DNA of 60,576 nucleotides from positions 1 through 60,576 of the forward strand of contig JAJYNW010000016.1 in NCBI GenBank assembly GCA_021786105.1, read 5' to 3'. This DNA is from a bacterium (lineage in GTDB: Bacteria; Patescibacteriota; Microgenomatia; Daviesbacterales; UBA10151). The notes below the pieces were generated by a model. It was not told the DNA's origin, searched no databases, and saw nothing but the letters and a program-made list of their open reading frames with translations. Positions within the stretch are counted from its first letter, which is position 1, and each line of letters opens with the position of its first letter. Positions 47,526 to 57,082 of this stretch are shown here, piece after piece. A program made the translations under genes and the position numbers.

Positions 47526-48725
47526 ATGATATCTGAATCAGGTATAGAGCTGAGACCATATTTTGATCAATTTAGAGTCCAGGCAGGAAATCATCCTGGT
47601 GGAGAGAGCATGAGAGCTCTTTTTGCGAGTTTAGGAGAGCGGGAACAAGATAAAGCTCTTAGATATTTTATTGAAGATGCTGTTCAAAAAAGGCCTTATT
47701 TAGATTCTTTATGTTTTGCTAATTTACTACCTAGAGCTATTCAATACGAGCTTTATTTTAATGAACATAACCGCAAGTATCCAGAGTATGCGAAGGAAGA
47801 TTGGGACTGTTTCTTTGATGATTTATTAGATCCAGATAATCAATCAAGGCCAAAAATTCAAGAAATTTTAGAGAGAAATAGAAATAACACTACTATAATA
47901 GAAAGGTATTTAGGACCAAAATTAGTTTTAAAGAAGGTTTATCCTAATCGGGGAATTTATATAGCAGATTTTGGTTGTAGCCTAGCATTAGGGGTAAGGG
48001 AATTAGAACTAGGTAATGGTATTTGTGAAGTAGAAGATAAGACTGAAGATAAAATTACTGAAAGGTTAAGCAAGGTTCGTCTTAATATCGTGGGTGGTGT
48101 AGCAACGGATCGAGAATACCTTGAAGATAAGGTCGATTGGGTTGCGGCTTGCTCGGTATATTTTAATGATATTGACCGCCTAGGTTTTTTGCTTGCAAGG
48201 CATGCTTTCACAAAAAGGAATTCTGGGATAGATTTTCATCAAGCAGATATGCTGGATCTAAACTTGGTAGCAGAACCAAATAATCAACATGCAAGGGATA
48301 GATATCAGATTAAGAAAGGTGCATACGATGCCTCAATGGTTTTGACTGCTTTATATCAACTGCCAGATGACGATGTCTTTAAAGCATTAACTAATCTTAG
48401 AAAGGCTACAAAACCAGGAGGAGTAGTTATCGTGCAGGATTTTTTTGGTTTAGAGGAGAAGTCATTGAGAAATAGGGATATCCCTTCAATTCCTTTGGAG
48501 TCTTTAGGAATTGAAGATCGTAGATCAATTGTGCGGTATCAGGACTTCTATGCCGGAGAACCCTATCGAACATTAGTATTAAGATTAGATAAAGATCAGA
48601 GGTTTAACAGAGCTTGGGAAGTCTTGCGATGGAATCATGCTAGATGTGAGTCTTTATCTGCTGGATCCGATTACGCTATATTTATGGAGGAGAACAGCAG
48701 GAATAGATTAAGGAAGGCTTCGTAA
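47526..48725 (+). CDS. Divergent class I SAM-dependent methyltransferase-like protein
   Basis: IADFGCSLALG, FHQADML, YDASMVLTALYQL, LRKATKPGGVVIVQD. Confidence 0.55.
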   Translation: MISESGIELRPYFDQFRVQAGNHPGGESMRALFASLGEREQDKALRYFIEDAVQKRPYLDSLCFANLLPRAIQYELYFNEHNRKYPEYAKEDWDCFFDDLLDPDNQSRPKIQEILERNRNNTTIIERYLGPKLVLKKVYPNRGIYIADFGCSLALGVRELELGNGICEVEDKTEDKITERLSKVRLNIVGGVATDREYLEDKVDWVAACSVYFNDIDRLGFLLARHAFTKRNSGIDFHQADMLDLNLVAEPNNQHARDRYQIKKGAYDASMVLTALYQLPDDDVFKALTNLRKATKPGGVVIVQDFFGLEEKSLRNRDIPSIPLESLGIEDRRSIVRYQDFYAGEPYRTLVLRLDKDQRFNRAWEVLRWNHARCESLSAGSDYAIFMEENSRNRLRKAS

Positions 48726-48739
48726 TTTAAATTATAACT

Positions 48740-49582
48740 ATGATTAGCAGAGAAATACTTTTACCGAAGGAAAAGAAAGTTGCAATATTAACTACCAAGG
48801 ATAATTGGATGGAATACGCAACAGATGCCTTTTTAGAAGGAGAAACTTGCATTTTGCCTGTGGGATGTGGCGCTTACATCTTAGCTGGAGGGATTTCGGT
48901 TCATAAAAAAGAGTCTAGAGAAGTTGCGCGATTAATTAATACTCAAAAAGGAAGATCGCCAGATCGCGCTGTCGCTTATGATATGCCTCCTGAGGAAATG
49001 CCATTTTGGGTAGATGAGCGTTATCAAGAGAGAGTTGGAAGAGTAGCTAATAAGCTTATGGGAAGACCTTTTGGAATTATTGCTCCTGTTAATGAAAAAG
49101 TTCCAGAATGGCACAGCAAGTTTGATCATTTACATAAAGTACATGAAAAACTATTTGTTTGGGCGGATATGGATAATATCGGGCCTTTAGCTGATTTATA
49201 TCGTTATATACGCGAGCAGAGAAAACTTTCACCAGCAGATTTAACTTTAATTGCTACTTCTGGTAACATGAGTGGTTTGCCAAATAATAATAGTTTCAAT
49301 AAGGCCTATGAACAACTCGGAAATAGTGATGGTATTGCTTATGCCGTAATGGATCCTAACGAAGGAGGCGACTATAGTGATAAGCCTGTGACTATTGTTA
49401 CTGCTCTGCCTTGGACCAGAGGAAGAGAAAAACTTTTTGTTATTAGGTCAGGTAGTATGAAACGGACAGAGCTTCAGAGTCTTTTACCAGAAGCAACTCA
49501 AAAATCAACATTAGGCTTGATGTTTTATCGTTTTCAGGTTAAGCTAGAAGAGTCTATAAAGAGTAATATCTTGAAAAGATAA
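48740..49582 (+). CDS. Divergent YrdC/Sua5-like protein
   Basis: GETCILPVG, INTQKGRS (KxR), IATSGNMSG, VRSG-like IRSG near the C-terminus. Confidence 0.6.
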   Translation: MISREILLPKEKKVAILTTKDNWMEYATDAFLEGETCILPVGCGAYILAGGISVHKKESREVARLINTQKGRSPDRAVAYDMPPEEMPFWVDERYQERVGRVANKLMGRPFGIIAPVNEKVPEWHSKFDHLHKVHEKLFVWADMDNIGPLADLYRYIREQRKLSPADLTLIATSGNMSGLPNNNSFNKAYEQLGNSDGIAYAVMDPNEGGDYSDKPVTIVTALPWTRGREKLFVIRSGSMKRTELQSLLPEATQKSTLGLMFYRFQVKLEESIKSNILKR

Positions 49583-49594
49583 AAAAGAAGTTTA

Positions 49595-51115
49595 ATGAGT
49601 GCACTGTCTGCCTCTAATAGTATAAATCATTCTCAGCTTGCATTAGTAGCATTTTTTTTTCTAAGTTTTGCCATTTTTCTATACTTTCTTAAAAAGATAA
49701 ACGATAAGACAAAGCAGCTCTCGAGGCAAAATCAGTTATTGTTGGCTATTCAGGAGTTAGATCGAGTGATTTTAACGAAATCAGTTACTAGTATTGATAT
49801 ACTTGCCCAAGAAGTAGTTGATTTGGCTCAAGAAAAATTAGGATATTTTTTTGTGACAATTGCCTTGGTCGATTCCTCTGTAAACGGAATTCGAAGAGTT
49901 GCTATATCCAAAACCCCTGGTTTAGAGAATATAAGACAAATTTTACACCTTCCTATAAATCAACAAATAGTCCCTTTCGGAACTATTGACAATTTATTTA
50001 TCAAAGCGATAAATGATCATAAAAGTTATAGTTCTCCCCAATTATTTGATATTCACAGAGGTGTTTTTTCTCAGGCAGTTTCAGATCAAGTTCAAAAGAC
50101 TTTAAGAATCAGAGGAGTTTTTGTTTATCCTTTAATTGCTAATAATAAAGCCTTTGGTGTTATTGCTTATGGTTCTGGTAAATATGAAAAAGATTTTACA
50201 CAATTTGACGTTTCTATTATGAAGGATTTTGCAGCAGAAGTATCTAGATTTTTAGATCACGTATTGCTTTACCAAAACCTGAAAGAAACCTCTCGAAAAT
50301 TAGCAATAGCCAATGAGAGACTTAAAATAATAGATCAGCTTAAGGATGATTTTGTGTCAATTGCTTCGCATGAACTGAGAACTCCCATGACTGCTATCCG
50401 TTCTTATGCCTGGATGGCTTTGCATAAAGCTGATGTGCCCTTGTCGGAAAAACTGCAAAAATATTTAGTCAGGGTTTTGTTGTCAACCGAGCGCTTGATT
50501 AATCTGGTTAACGATATGCTTAATGTTTCCAGGATTGAATCAGGCAGGATTGAAATTAACCCTGAGGCAGTTGATCTGCACGCGCTAATTAAAGATATTA
50601 TCGACGAGCTTTATTTTTCTAAATCACAGGAAAAACAAATCCAGTTTGTGGTATTGGAAAAACAGGTGCCCAAAGCCTTCGGGGATCCGGAGAAATTGCG
50701 GCAGGTATTTCTTAATTTGGTAGGTAACTCTTTAAAATTTACCCCCAATGGCGGTAAAATTATCTTTGACTTCTTTTCTGACGGTCAGATAGTAGAAGTT
50801 TCGGTTTCAGATACCGGAGTCGGGATATCAAAAGAAGATCTTAGCAGGCTATTCCATAAATTCTCAAGACTCGATAATTCCTATACAGCAGCCGCCACCT
50901 CCGGCGGTACCGGTTTGGGATTATATATTTCTAAAAATTTGATAGAACTGATGCATGGCAGGATTTGGGCTTCATCTGAGGGTGCGGGTAAAGGAACAAC
51001 TTTTACTGTGGCTTTGCCGGTAGCTACTAAAGATAGAATTGATCACGCCAGTGAATATGCCGTCAAGCCAAAGGAGGGAGAAGCTAAGCCGTTGGAACCG
51101 GTGGCGGTAGTATGA
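49595..51115 (+). CDS. GAF-domain sensor histidine kinase
   Basis: TM, GAF, SHELRTP, NLVGNSLKFT, DTGVGI, GTGLGL. Confidence 0.95.
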   Translation: MSALSASNSINHSQLALVAFFFLSFAIFLYFLKKINDKTKQLSRQNQLLLAIQELDRVILTKSVTSIDILAQEVVDLAQEKLGYFFVTIALVDSSVNGIRRVAISKTPGLENIRQILHLPINQQIVPFGTIDNLFIKAINDHKSYSSPQLFDIHRGVFSQAVSDQVQKTLRIRGVFVYPLIANNKAFGVIAYGSGKYEKDFTQFDVSIMKDFAAEVSRFLDHVLLYQNLKETSRKLAIANERLKIIDQLKDDFVSIASHELRTPMTAIRSYAWMALHKADVPLSEKLQKYLVRVLLSTERLINLVNDMLNVSRIESGRIEINPEAVDLHALIKDIIDELYFSKSQEKQIQFVVLEKQVPKAFGDPEKLRQVFLNLVGNSLKFTPNGGKIIFDFFSDGQIVEVSVSDTGVGISKEDLSRLFHKFSRLDNSYTAAATSGGTGLGLYISKNLIELMHGRIWASSEGAGKGTTFTVALPVATKDRIDHASEYAVKPKEGEAKPLEPVAVV

Positions 51116-52602
51116 TTTCCGGATTTACCCTTTTCATTGTTTTATATGGATTCATTTTAATTGCTTTGTTGGTTTTTGTGCTTGGCAGGATCAGCGCGCC
51201 CCGGATTTCTCCCGGGTCCTATCAAAATAAATTACTTGTTGCTCTTAGGCACCTGGGGATTGCGGCTATCCCTATTACAGAAGTTGAACCGGCCTGTCAG
51301 GAAATAGTTGATATTATCCGTGAAGAATTAGGCTACCTTTTCGGGTCAATTGCCCTAATAGATCATGAAGGCGGCGGTTTAAGGAGGATTGCCATATCCA
51401 GTTATCCTGAAATGGATAGAATTATTAAAAGTTTGCCAATTGAATATAAAAAACAGGTAGTGCCGTTTGATCAGTCAGATAATTTACTTATTCAGTCTTT
51501 GCAGCAAAGAAAAGTTTTATACAGCGAACGTTTGTATGATGTCCAAAAAGGCATCTTTACGCCGGAAATTTCCGACCGCCTTCAAAAGGAACTCAAAATT
51601 AAAGGACTGTTCGTTTATCCGTTATATACCAAACAGGGGCTGGCTGGGATAATTTATTATTGTACTTTTGTTGAGAGAAAGAAATTTTCCTCGTTTGAAT
51701 TTGAGATTATGGATGAGTTCACCAGGGAAGTATCTATGGTGTTGGATAACGTGTTTCTCTATCAGCATTCAAAAGAATCTGCCGCTCAACTGATGGAGGC
51801 AAATAAAGAACTTAAAGAGGCTGATAAGCTTAAAGATGATTTTGTGTCAATTGTCTCGCATGAACTGAGAACTCCCATGACTGCTATCCGTTCCTATGCC
51901 TGGATGGCTTTGCATAGATCAGATATGCACCCTTCAGAAAAAATGACCAGGTATTTAATCAGGGTAATGCTGTCAACCGAGCGTTTGATTAATTTAGTCA
52001 ACGATATATTGAATTTGTCCAGGATTGAATCAGGTAAAATTGAAATTGATCCGGAGGCAGTTGACCTCTATCCATTAATCAGGGATATTGTTGATGAGGT
52101 TTATTTCTCTAAATCTCAAGAGAAGCAAATTCAGTTTGAAGTACTGGAAAAGGATATCCCTAAAGTTTTTGCTGACCCCGGAAAGTTGCGGCAGGTGTTT
52201 TTAAACATTGTGGGGAATGCCTTAAAATTTACCCCTCATGACGGTAAAATTATTTTTGATTTTTCTTCTGACGGACAAATGGTAGAAGCTTCGGTTTCAG
52301 ATACCGGGGTGGGGATAGCAAAAGAGGATATCAGCAGGCTATTCCATAAATTCGGCAGGCTGGATAATTCTTATACATCAGCTGCAACTTCTGGCGGAAC
52401 AGGTTTAGGATTATATATATCCAAAAATCTGGTGGAACTAATGCATGGCAGGATTTGGGCTTCATCTGAGGGTGCGGGTAAAGGAACAACTTTTACTGTG
52501 GCTTTGCCGGTAGCTACTAAAGATAGAATTGATCACGCCAATGAATATGCTGTCAAGCCAAAGGAGGGAGAAGCTAAGCCGTTGGAATCAGCGTCAATAT
52601 AA
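51112..52602 (+). CDS. GAF-domain sensor histidine kinase (tandem paralog)
   Basis: Same architecture, SHELRTP, NIVGNALKFT, GTGLGL. Confidence 0.95.
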   Translation: MISGFTLFIVLYGFILIALLVFVLGRISAPRISPGSYQNKLLVALRHLGIAAIPITEVEPACQEIVDIIREELGYLFGSIALIDHEGGGLRRIAISSYPEMDRIIKSLPIEYKKQVVPFDQSDNLLIQSLQQRKVLYSERLYDVQKGIFTPEISDRLQKELKIKGLFVYPLYTKQGLAGIIYYCTFVERKKFSSFEFEIMDEFTREVSMVLDNVFLYQHSKESAAQLMEANKELKEADKLKDDFVSIVSHELRTPMTAIRSYAWMALHRSDMHPSEKMTRYLIRVMLSTERLINLVNDILNLSRIESGKIEIDPEAVDLYPLIRDIVDEVYFSKSQEKQIQFEVLEKDIPKVFADPGKLRQVFLNIVGNALKFTPHDGKIIFDFSSDGQMVEASVSDTGVGIAKEDISRLFHKFGRLDNSYTSAATSGGTGLGLYISKNLVELMHGRIWASSEGAGKGTTFTVALPVATKDRIDHANEYAVKPKEGEAKPLESASI

Positions 52603-52705
52603 TAGTGGTTTTTATTTGCGGATTTGTGGTATAAAGAAATTATATACATGACTGATTTACAAATATGAAAAAGATTCTTGTTTCTGAGAGAAAGAGGATT
52701 TGAGC

Positions 52706-53080
52706 ATGGCGAAAATACTCATAGTTGAAGATGATCAGTTTTTAAGAGAGTTCTATGAAGAACTTTTGCAGGGAGAAGGGTATATTGTAGATACAGCTGA
52801 AGATGGGGCAATTGGTTTATCGAAATTACAAAACGGTGAATTTGATTTGGTGCTTCTTGATATCATGCTTCCCAAAAAAGACGGGGTGCAAATTTTGAGG
52901 GATTTACAAGTGGCCCCGCCTAAATCTGCGAATATCGCGATTGTTGTCCTTACTAATTTGGGTCAGGAATCACTGATAAAGCAGTGCTTTGATCTGGGGG
53001 CAGAAGGGTATTTGATTAAATCCGCCTTAAATCCCGACCAAGTGCTTACTGAGATCAGAAGCTATCTTCAAAAGGGCTAA
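52706..53080 (+). CDS. Stand-alone response regulator receiver
   Basis: ILIVEDD, LLDIMLP, LTN, YLIK; ATG at 52706. Confidence 0.93.
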   Translation: MAKILIVEDDQFLREFYEELLQGEGYIVDTAEDGAIGLSKLQNGEFDLVLLDIMLPKKDGVQILRDLQVAPPKSANIAIVVLTNLGQESLIKQCFDLGAEGYLIKSALNPDQVLTEIRSYLQKG

Positions 53081-53082
53081 TA

Positions 53083-53835
53083 ATGGTCCCAAAAATTATT
53101 TACCAGGATGACTATCTTTTGGTTTTGGATAAACCTCCCGGGTTGGTAGTAGATACTGCTGAAACTGTTAAACAGGAAACCTTAGAGGATATTTTAAAAA
53201 GAGATTTTAATATTCAAATAGTTCGCGGCGGGATTGTTCACAGACTGGATAAAGATACCTCAGGAATTATACTGGTGGCAAAAACTGAAAAAGCCTTGGA
53301 AAATTTACAGGCACAATTTAAAGAAAGAATCACCAAAAAAGAATATTTGGCTTTGGTTCATGGTTTAGTGACCGAATCAGGGGTGGTGGAGGGAAGTATC
53401 GGAAGGAATCCGGGAAATAGAGAAAAGTTTATTGTCTTGGAGGAAGGTAAGGAAGCAGTAACAGAATATGAACCTGTGGAGCGGTTGCAGCTGACGGGTG
53501 AGAGGTTACAGGAAATTTTTCCTGATTTTAATAAAATCCAGATGAGGAAACTGGAAAAACAGCGTTACGGGGAATTTACCTTGCTGCGGTGTAAGCCCAA
53601 AACTGGACGGACCCACCAAATTAGGGTACATTTAAAATATATAAATCACCCAATTGTGGCCGATGAAAAATATGCCGGCAGAAAAACATACAGGTTAGAC
53701 AAAAGATGGTGCCCAAGGATGTTTTTGCATGCCCAAAAAATTGGTTTTGAACATCCGGCAACAGGGGAATGGATGGAGTTGGAAAGCAGTTTGCCGGAAG
53801 ATTTGAAGAAAGTGCTAAATGTATTGTCATCCTGA
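53083..53835 (+). CDS. RluA-family pseudouridine synthase without S4 domain
   Basis: VHRLDKDTSG, TGRTHQIRVH, IVADEKY, MFLHA. Confidence 0.95.
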   Translation: MVPKIIYQDDYLLVLDKPPGLVVDTAETVKQETLEDILKRDFNIQIVRGGIVHRLDKDTSGIILVAKTEKALENLQAQFKERITKKEYLALVHGLVTESGVVEGSIGRNPGNREKFIVLEEGKEAVTEYEPVERLQLTGERLQEIFPDFNKIQMRKLEKQRYGEFTLLRCKPKTGRTHQIRVHLKYINHPIVADEKYAGRKTYRLDKRWCPRMFLHAQKIGFEHPATGEWMELESSLPEDLKKVLNVLSS

Positions 53836-53909
53836 GCGAAGCGAAGGATCTTAAGACTAAAAAGGAATCTAGAGATTCTTCGGGTCGAGGCTTCGACCCT
53901 CAGAATGAC
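53826..53909. repeat. GTCAT-family dimeric repeat overlapping the rluA-family stop codon
   Basis: gtcatcctgagcgaagcgaaggatct...agattcttcgggtcgaggcttcgaccctcagaatgac. Confidence 0.88.
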
Positions 53910-53920
53910 AGTGAGGGGAT

Positions 53921-55624
53921 ATGAACAATATTTTCATACAATTGGCTGTTATTTTAACTTTTTCCTCTGCCCTGGGGTTGGTTGTTTACAAACTAAAACT
54001 GCCACTCCTTATCGCTTACCTGATTACCGGATTATTGCTTTCTGCGGCAGCTACTTTTGATATCAGCAAATCCCTGGCTCTGTCTTTTTTGCCTGATATT
54101 GGTATTGCTTTTGTTTTGTTTTTGGTAGGCATGGAATTAGATCTTCGCGAGCTGAGAAGCTTTGGTAAACAAATCCTGACTGCCGGAATCCTGCAAGTTA
54201 TTATTACCGGAACGCTAGGTACTTATATTGCCCAAAGCTTTGGATTTAATACCCGGGAAGCAATTTATATGGGCGTGGGTTTATCGTTCTCGTCAACCCT
54301 GGTGGTGGTTAAGTTGCTTTTGGACAGAAAAGACTTGACCTCTCTATATGGAAAATTATCAGTGGGGGTGTTGCTTTTAGAAGATTTAATAGCAGTGGTA
54401 ATTTTATTGGGCTTTTCCTCCTCTTTATCTATTTCGAGTTTAGGAATAGCCAATCTTTTGCCGCTTTCCCTGTTTGCTGTTAAAGTCATTGCCCTATTTT
54501 CTTTGGCAGTATTTATTAACCGATTTATCTTATCAGCGGTTTTTAAGGCTGTTTCAGATTCAGGAGAATTGCTGTTTTTGACCGCCTTGGCTTGGTGTTT
54601 TGGTTTTATTACTTTATCAGTACTGATGGGGTTTTCTATTATGATCGGGGCATTTCTGGCTGGGGTAGCTTTGGCTTCTTCTCCTTATCACTTTCAAATT
54701 CAAGGCAAAATCAAACCAATGAGGGATTTTTTTACCGCCCTCTTTTTTGTCTATTTAGGCACTAAAGTTAGTTTTCCGTCAAATTTGTCTATTTATCCCT
54801 TGATCCTAATTTTTTCTTTTTATGCAGTTGTGGCAAAACCAGTTATCTTTTTGCTTTTGTTTGGCATTTTTGGATTTAGAAAGCATACTATGTTCAGGAC
54901 TGCCATTAATTTATCCCAAGTTTCTGAATTTTCCATGATTATTCTTTTGATGGGCTTTAAGATGGGGATAGTCAGCCAATCTGCCTTAACGGTAATTGCC
55001 TTATCTTCGGTAACTTCATTTATCGCTTCTTCTTTAATGATTTCTAGATCAGAAAAAATCTATAAATTTATTTCCTCAGGTGTCGGATTTTTTGAACGTA
55101 AGAGAAGCCCGGTTTTGGAAAAAGAACCAGATGCAAGATTAGAGGATCATGTAGTGATTGTGGGTGCCCACCGGGTGGGGGGAGAAATAGCCAGGTTTTT
55201 GCGGAAAGAAAGATCACCTTTGGTGGTTTTAGACTTTAATCCGCATCAAGTCGAAACTTTGCTAAAACAAGAAATTCCAGTGATTTATGGAGATATGTCT
55301 GATCCGGATGTTTTGGATGTACTAAATTTGGATGAGGCCAGGATGATTATTTCCACCGCTCCTGATTTGGAAGGAAATAAAACTTTGCTGGAGGATTTGA
55401 AATTACGGAAAATAAACATTCCGGTTATAGTTAGGGCAGAAACTGTTAAGGATGCCAAAGCTTTGTATAAAAGAGGAGCAGATTTGGTCATAATTCCAGA
55501 AGTTATGGCTGGGGATATGCTGTTGGATACTTTAAAAGATCATTTAAACGAAAAAAGCTATTTTAAAGACAGACCCAGGATTGAACTGGAAAAGCTTTCC
55601 CGTAAAACTTTAGCTTGGGGTTGA
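53921..55624 (+). CDS. CPA2 cation:proton antiporter with TrkA-N (KTN) domain, Kef-like
   Basis: IGIAFVLFLVGMELD, FSSTLVVVKLL, LEDLIAV, VVIVGAHRVG, IYGDMSD. Confidence 0.93.
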   Translation: MNNIFIQLAVILTFSSALGLVVYKLKLPLLIAYLITGLLLSAAATFDISKSLALSFLPDIGIAFVLFLVGMELDLRELRSFGKQILTAGILQVIITGTLGTYIAQSFGFNTREAIYMGVGLSFSSTLVVVKLLLDRKDLTSLYGKLSVGVLLLEDLIAVVILLGFSSSLSISSLGIANLLPLSLFAVKVIALFSLAVFINRFILSAVFKAVSDSGELLFLTALAWCFGFITLSVLMGFSIMIGAFLAGVALASSPYHFQIQGKIKPMRDFFTALFFVYLGTKVSFPSNLSIYPLILIFSFYAVVAKPVIFLLLFGIFGFRKHTMFRTAINLSQVSEFSMIILLMGFKMGIVSQSALTVIALSSVTSFIASSLMISRSEKIYKFISSGVGFFERKRSPVLEKEPDARLEDHVVIVGAHRVGGEIARFLRKERSPLVVLDFNPHQVETLLKQEIPVIYGDMSDPDVLDVLNLDEARMIISTAPDLEGNKTLLEDLKLRKINIPVIVRAETVKDAKALYKRGADLVIIPEVMAGDMLLDTLKDHLNEKSYFKDRPRIELEKLSRKTLAWG

Positions 55625-55757
55625 AGTAACTAACGTTACTTCAACGGGATAACAACATACTAATCCGCATACAGCGGATAACTTTAAATTAGTGTTATCC
55701 CAGGGATTTTTGAGAAGGATAAGTTTCTTGATTATCTTATTAGTGTAGAATATCTCC

Positions 55758-56990
55758 ATGAAAAAATTTAAGATTTTGGCAAAGGATGGCAAGGCTAGAG
55801 TTGGGCAGTTAGAAACCCCACACGGGGTGATTGAAACTCCGAATTTTAACCCAGTAGGGACGCAGGGGTCAGTTAAGGCTTTAGGGCCGCGAGAGCTCAA
55901 GGAAATCGGCGTCCAGATAATTTTAGGCAATACTTATCATTTAATGCTCAGGCCCGGTATTGACCTTATAAAGAAGTTTGGAGGACTGCATAAGTTTATC
56001 AACTGGGATAAGCCGATTATGACTGATTCCGGAGGTTTTCAGGTATTTTCCTTGGGGATAGCGTTGGAACACGGCAACAGTAAAGTGCTGCGGGAAGACG
56101 AGGGCGAGCTGGAGGCTGATAACTTTAAAAAGCGACCCAGGCTAAACAAAATCACGGAAGATGGGGTTATTTTTCAGTCTCATTTGGATGGGTCCAGGCA
56201 CGTTTTGACCCCGGAAAAATCCATTCAAATCCAGCGTGATTTAGGAGCGGATTTAATTGTGGCTTTTGATGACCACGAATCGGCAAAGCATACCAAAGCG
56301 GAAATGGAAAAATCTTTGGAACTGACAGAAAAGTGGGGTTTGAGAAGCTTGAAGGAGTACAAAGAGAGAAAGGGTGTAAACGTAAATCACCCGGAGGGTG
56401 TTAATGTAGCTACACCTCTTCTTTATGGGGTGGTGCACGGAGGGACACATAAAGATTTAAGGATCAGATCAGCCCAGTTTACTGATGAAAACTTTGAAGC
56501 TATAGCTATCGGCGGAATTTATGGAGATCACCAACAGCTTTGCCAAATCATTGAGTGGGTGAATCAAGCGACCTCGGAAGAAAAACCCCGGCATTTACTG
56601 GGAATTGGTGAAGTTCAGGATTTGTTTAACGGCATAGAGCGAGGCATGGATTTTTTTGATTGCGTTGCTCCAACGAGACGTGCCCGCTTTGGTTCTTTGT
56701 ATATCAGTCCTAAAAACGGTGGCAGCAGAAAAAATAGTTTTACCATAAATATCAGGCAGAGCGGTTATATTTCTGATAAAAAACCAATTGATCCGGGTTG
56801 TCTTTGCTACACCTGTCAAAACTTCAGCCGGGCCTACTTGCGCCATCTTTATATTGCTGGAGAAATTCTCTATCATCAGTTAGCCACATATCACAATATC
56901 TACTTTATAACTAAACTGGTAGGAAATATTAGACAAGCTATCAAAAACGGTGAATTTAAGAGAATGAAAAATGAATATATCGGCAGGTAA
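55758..56990 (+). CDS. tgt: Queuine tRNA-ribosyltransferase
   Basis: TDSGGFQVFSL, HLLGIG, FDCVAPTR, CLCYTC...H zinc site; insertion GVNVNHPEGVNVATP. Confidence 0.97.
   Translation: MKKFKILAKDGKARVGQLETPHGVIETPNFNPVGTQGSVKALGPRELKEIGVQIILGNTYHLMLRPGIDLIKKFGGLHKFINWDKPIMTDSGGFQVFSLGIALEHGNSKVLREDEGELEADNFKKRPRLNKITEDGVIFQSHLDGSRHVLTPEKSIQIQRDLGADLIVAFDDHESAKHTKAEMEKSLELTEKWGLRSLKEYKERKGVNVNHPEGVNVATPLLYGVVHGGTHKDLRIRSAQFTDENFEAIAIGGIYGDHQQLCQIIEWVNQATSEEKPRHLLGIGEVQDLFNGIERGMDFFDCVAPTRRARFGSLYISPKNGGSRKNSFTINIRQSGYISDKKPIDPGCLCYTCQNFSRAYLRHLYIAGEILYHQLATYHNIYFITKLVGNIRQAIKNGEFKRMKNEYIGR
56371..56419. repeat. CACCC-N-GGGTG REP-like modules in frame in tgt
   Basis: agggtgtaaacgtaaatcacccggagggtgttaatgtagctacacctct. 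Confidence 0.6.
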
Positions 56991-57082
56991 GAGGAAGAGT
57001 AAGTGTAGCCTGCGATAACTCCATTATTTAAGAACAAGAGCTAAAAACTGCAACTCTTACTCAAACCTCTTACGTAAAACTT

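Noticed and set aside
41445-49582. Prophage or integrative element
   Set aside because: No integrase, terminase, structural genes or att-like boundary repeats seen.
55621-55644. Perfect 10-bp hairpin ttgaagtaac-taac-gttacttcaa after the antiporter
   Set aside because: AT-rich stem with no U tract and no second copy seen; neither terminator nor repeat is supported.
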